Positions 61,901 to 64,000 of a DNA stretch of 64,000 bases are shown in pieces. The translations under genes and the position numbers were made by a program. A model generated the notes under the pieces. The model made no database searches. It was not told the origin of the DNA and was given only the letters and a program-made list of their open reading frames with translations. The stretch's first letter is position 1. Every line of letters begins with the position of its first letter. The DNA comes from Epiperipatus broadwayi (taxonomy: Eukaryota > Animalia > Onychophora), in assembly GCA_028023455.1 (NCBI GenBank), contig JAQFVV010000005.1:12400001-12464000 (forward strand), in the 5' to 3' direction.

Positions 61901-63354
61901 AAAGTTCTTCATATTGTTCTTTTGTTAAATATCCAATTGTAAGATGCGTTTGTAAATATACATGCCTAATTTAAAATCTTTGTTTAATCGCAAAAACATA
62001 TTTTTCTGTAAGTGACGATAGAATGTTCTGATGAAATATGTATACATAGTTTGTTCATGGAATAAAAACATGATTTGTAAGGAAAATTATAGAAATTGAG
62101 AGATAATAAATATACCTTTCAAATTTGCTGCCAAACTTAACTGATAGAGGACGCCATTTAAACTTCCAGTGACGTGTTTGGGTAAAATCAGATCTTTCAT
62201 TTATATATTATTATATATTTATTTCCTAATCATGGATGGAAAACAATATCTGGGGATTTAGGTAAGTTTCTACTGCTGGTATTTGCAGATTCATGTTTTC
62301 TAAGTTTTTTGTACATTATTAGAATTAATATTGGATAGCGTATTGCGGGCCTCTTCATTAATCTAAAAAGTATAACTAAATTAAACCGTTAAATTTATAT
62401 TACTTAAATATTTTATTCAATTGTTTTAAAGTAGCCATTTTACACAATAAAAAAACTCATTTTGTGACTTCTTCTTTTGTTTTGTTTATTCAGCACCTAC
62501 TAATTAGACTTCAAATGATTTCATTATAAACTGTAACCGACATTTTAGTATCGAGATGCTTTTATTTTCCGATGACAAATTTTACTATTTTACTTTCCAA
62601 AAAATTATAGACTTCCTACGTAACATCTATGCATATAATTTTCTGTTTACTTTTATTAGGATCCTTTTTTTTTTTCATCAAATCTTTCGTATATTTTTGT
62701 AAAAAGTAAGTAATGGAATAATTTATTTATGAGGGTTTATAGGAACTTCAAGCACCGCTAATGACTGAGCAGCAGCCGCCGTCCATGGCCCTTGAATTTC
62801 AAAATCTGCCATTCTAAATCATAGAGGTAAAAAAAATCTAAATCGCTATGAATTTTAATAGATTTTTGGGTGAATGTCAATAACAAAAAAAAAGTAAAAC
62901 AAATATTAATAATGTAATTTAACTGGCCTAGAAGAATTTAATTAATCCATGTCAATATCGTGGTTTATCAATTGAAAATTTTGTTTTTCGTTTATATTTT
63001 GAAAGGCATATTACTCAAATTATATATTTAAAAGTTTTTAATGAAAAACTTGCATTTTCCATTAATTTCGCCACTGGTGAGATTCCTGAAATATACGGAG
63101 CTAGTTCCATTCAGAAAATACGAAAGCAAGCATTATTTTATAGTTGTTTTTAATAACACTCGTTTGTTTTTACAATACTGTATAATAAATTATCGTTTTC
63201 TTTATATTCACTTTAAGCTGAAGACAAGGTGACTTGGAGTATGTATTTAAAATATAGTATTTCTTTTATTCAGTATTAATATTCAATATTATAAATTGCA
63301 TTTATGGCTTCCTAGAAGGAATAAAAGTTCAATCATATTAAAAATGATAGTGTA

Positions 63355-63879
63355 TAATAATTGTAAACAAATTAATCATAATTGTTTTGACTTATTATTG
63401 ACACCTATGTGTATGTATAGACAAAAAGAGTTTGTGATAGTACTTTTGCGACATATTTGATGTGGATGAAACTCAAAAATTGTTTCAAATAGTAAGAACT
63501 GAAACACAGGCTTATTATATACCTGTGTCTAATAATTGTAAACAAATTAATCATAATTGTTTTGACTTATTATTGACACCTATGTGTATGTATAGACAAA
63601 AAGAGTTTGTGATAGTACTTTTGCGACATATTTGATGTGGATGAAACTCAAAAATTGTTTCAAATAGTAAGAACTGAAACACAGGCTTATTATATACCTG
63701 TGTCTAATAATTGTAAACAAATTAATCATAATTGTTTTGACTTATTATTGACACCTATGTGTATGTATAGACAAAAAGAGTTTGTGATAGGGCTTTTGCG
63801 ACATATTTGATGTGGATGAAACTCAAAAATTGTTTCAGATAGTAAGAACTGAAACACAGGCTTATTATATACCTGTGTC
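63355..63879. repeat. 3 x 175-bp near-identical tandem array
   Basis: TAATAATTGTAAAC starts at 63355, 63530 and 63705. Only a few substitutions, in the third unit. Confidence 0.97.
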
Positions 63880-63899
63880 TATATATGTAATATATAGGG

Positions 63900-64000
63900 T
63901 ATATGAGCACAGACTTTCACACCACCCACCACTCTATCTCATTGCACTGATACACCCAAACACATATATGTTGAAAAGATAAATAATCACCAATATACGT
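63900..64000 (-). mobile_element. Second family C copy, cut by the window edge inside its hammerhead
   Basis: Reverse complement ACGTATATTGGTGATTATT.ATCTTTTC.ACAT...GTGTATCAGT matches 51244-51350. The ribozyme core would lie just beyond 64000. Confidence 0.85.

Noticed and set aside
62740-62830. GC-rich mini-island with short ORFs on both strands and a + strand AG|GTAAAA donor
   Set aside because: ORFs are under 30 codons with no recognisable motif. It may be a promoter or first exon, but this cannot be supported from sequence alone.
741-63232. Most 60-100 aa ORFs in the supplied track
   Set aside because: Low-complexity, AT-driven chance ORFs or antisense shadows of TE remnants, with no splice or domain support.
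42300-63879. Regularly spaced repeats as possible CRISPR arrays (42300-42550, 63355-63879)
   Set aside because: Whole units are repeated with no unique spacers, there are no cas genes, and the context is eukaryotic.

Overview
Very AT-rich eukaryotic DNA, probably from an invertebrate and possibly an arthropod (inference from the CDYK-type C2H2 array and the repeat content). No intact protein-coding gene was found. The window is a nested graveyard of mobile elements: a near full-length decayed Gypsy-type LTR element, four solo-LTR-like TG...CA inserts sitting in ATAT, a Penelope-like element (PLE) relic with RT and GIY-YIG remnants, an internally deleted Helitron, RTE-type and other LINE fragments, and a pseudogenised tandem C2H2 zinc-finger array. 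The main discovery is a set of short non-coding retro-inserts carrying minimal type I hammerhead ribozymes (HHRs), in at least three sequence families. Most are asymmetric fold-backs flanked by 12-15 bp target-site duplications (TSDs). Their stem III is usually a self-complementary palindrome (ACTAGT, ACCGGT, ATACGTAT). Family A copies are circular permutations of one ~440-nt unit. One copy has a matching empty site in a paralogous segment, and a 52-bp ribozyme-less derivative interrupts Gypsy pol. All pairings and alignments were done by eye, with no folding program or database search. Boundaries may be off by a few bases, and more for the decayed LINE and LTR relics.
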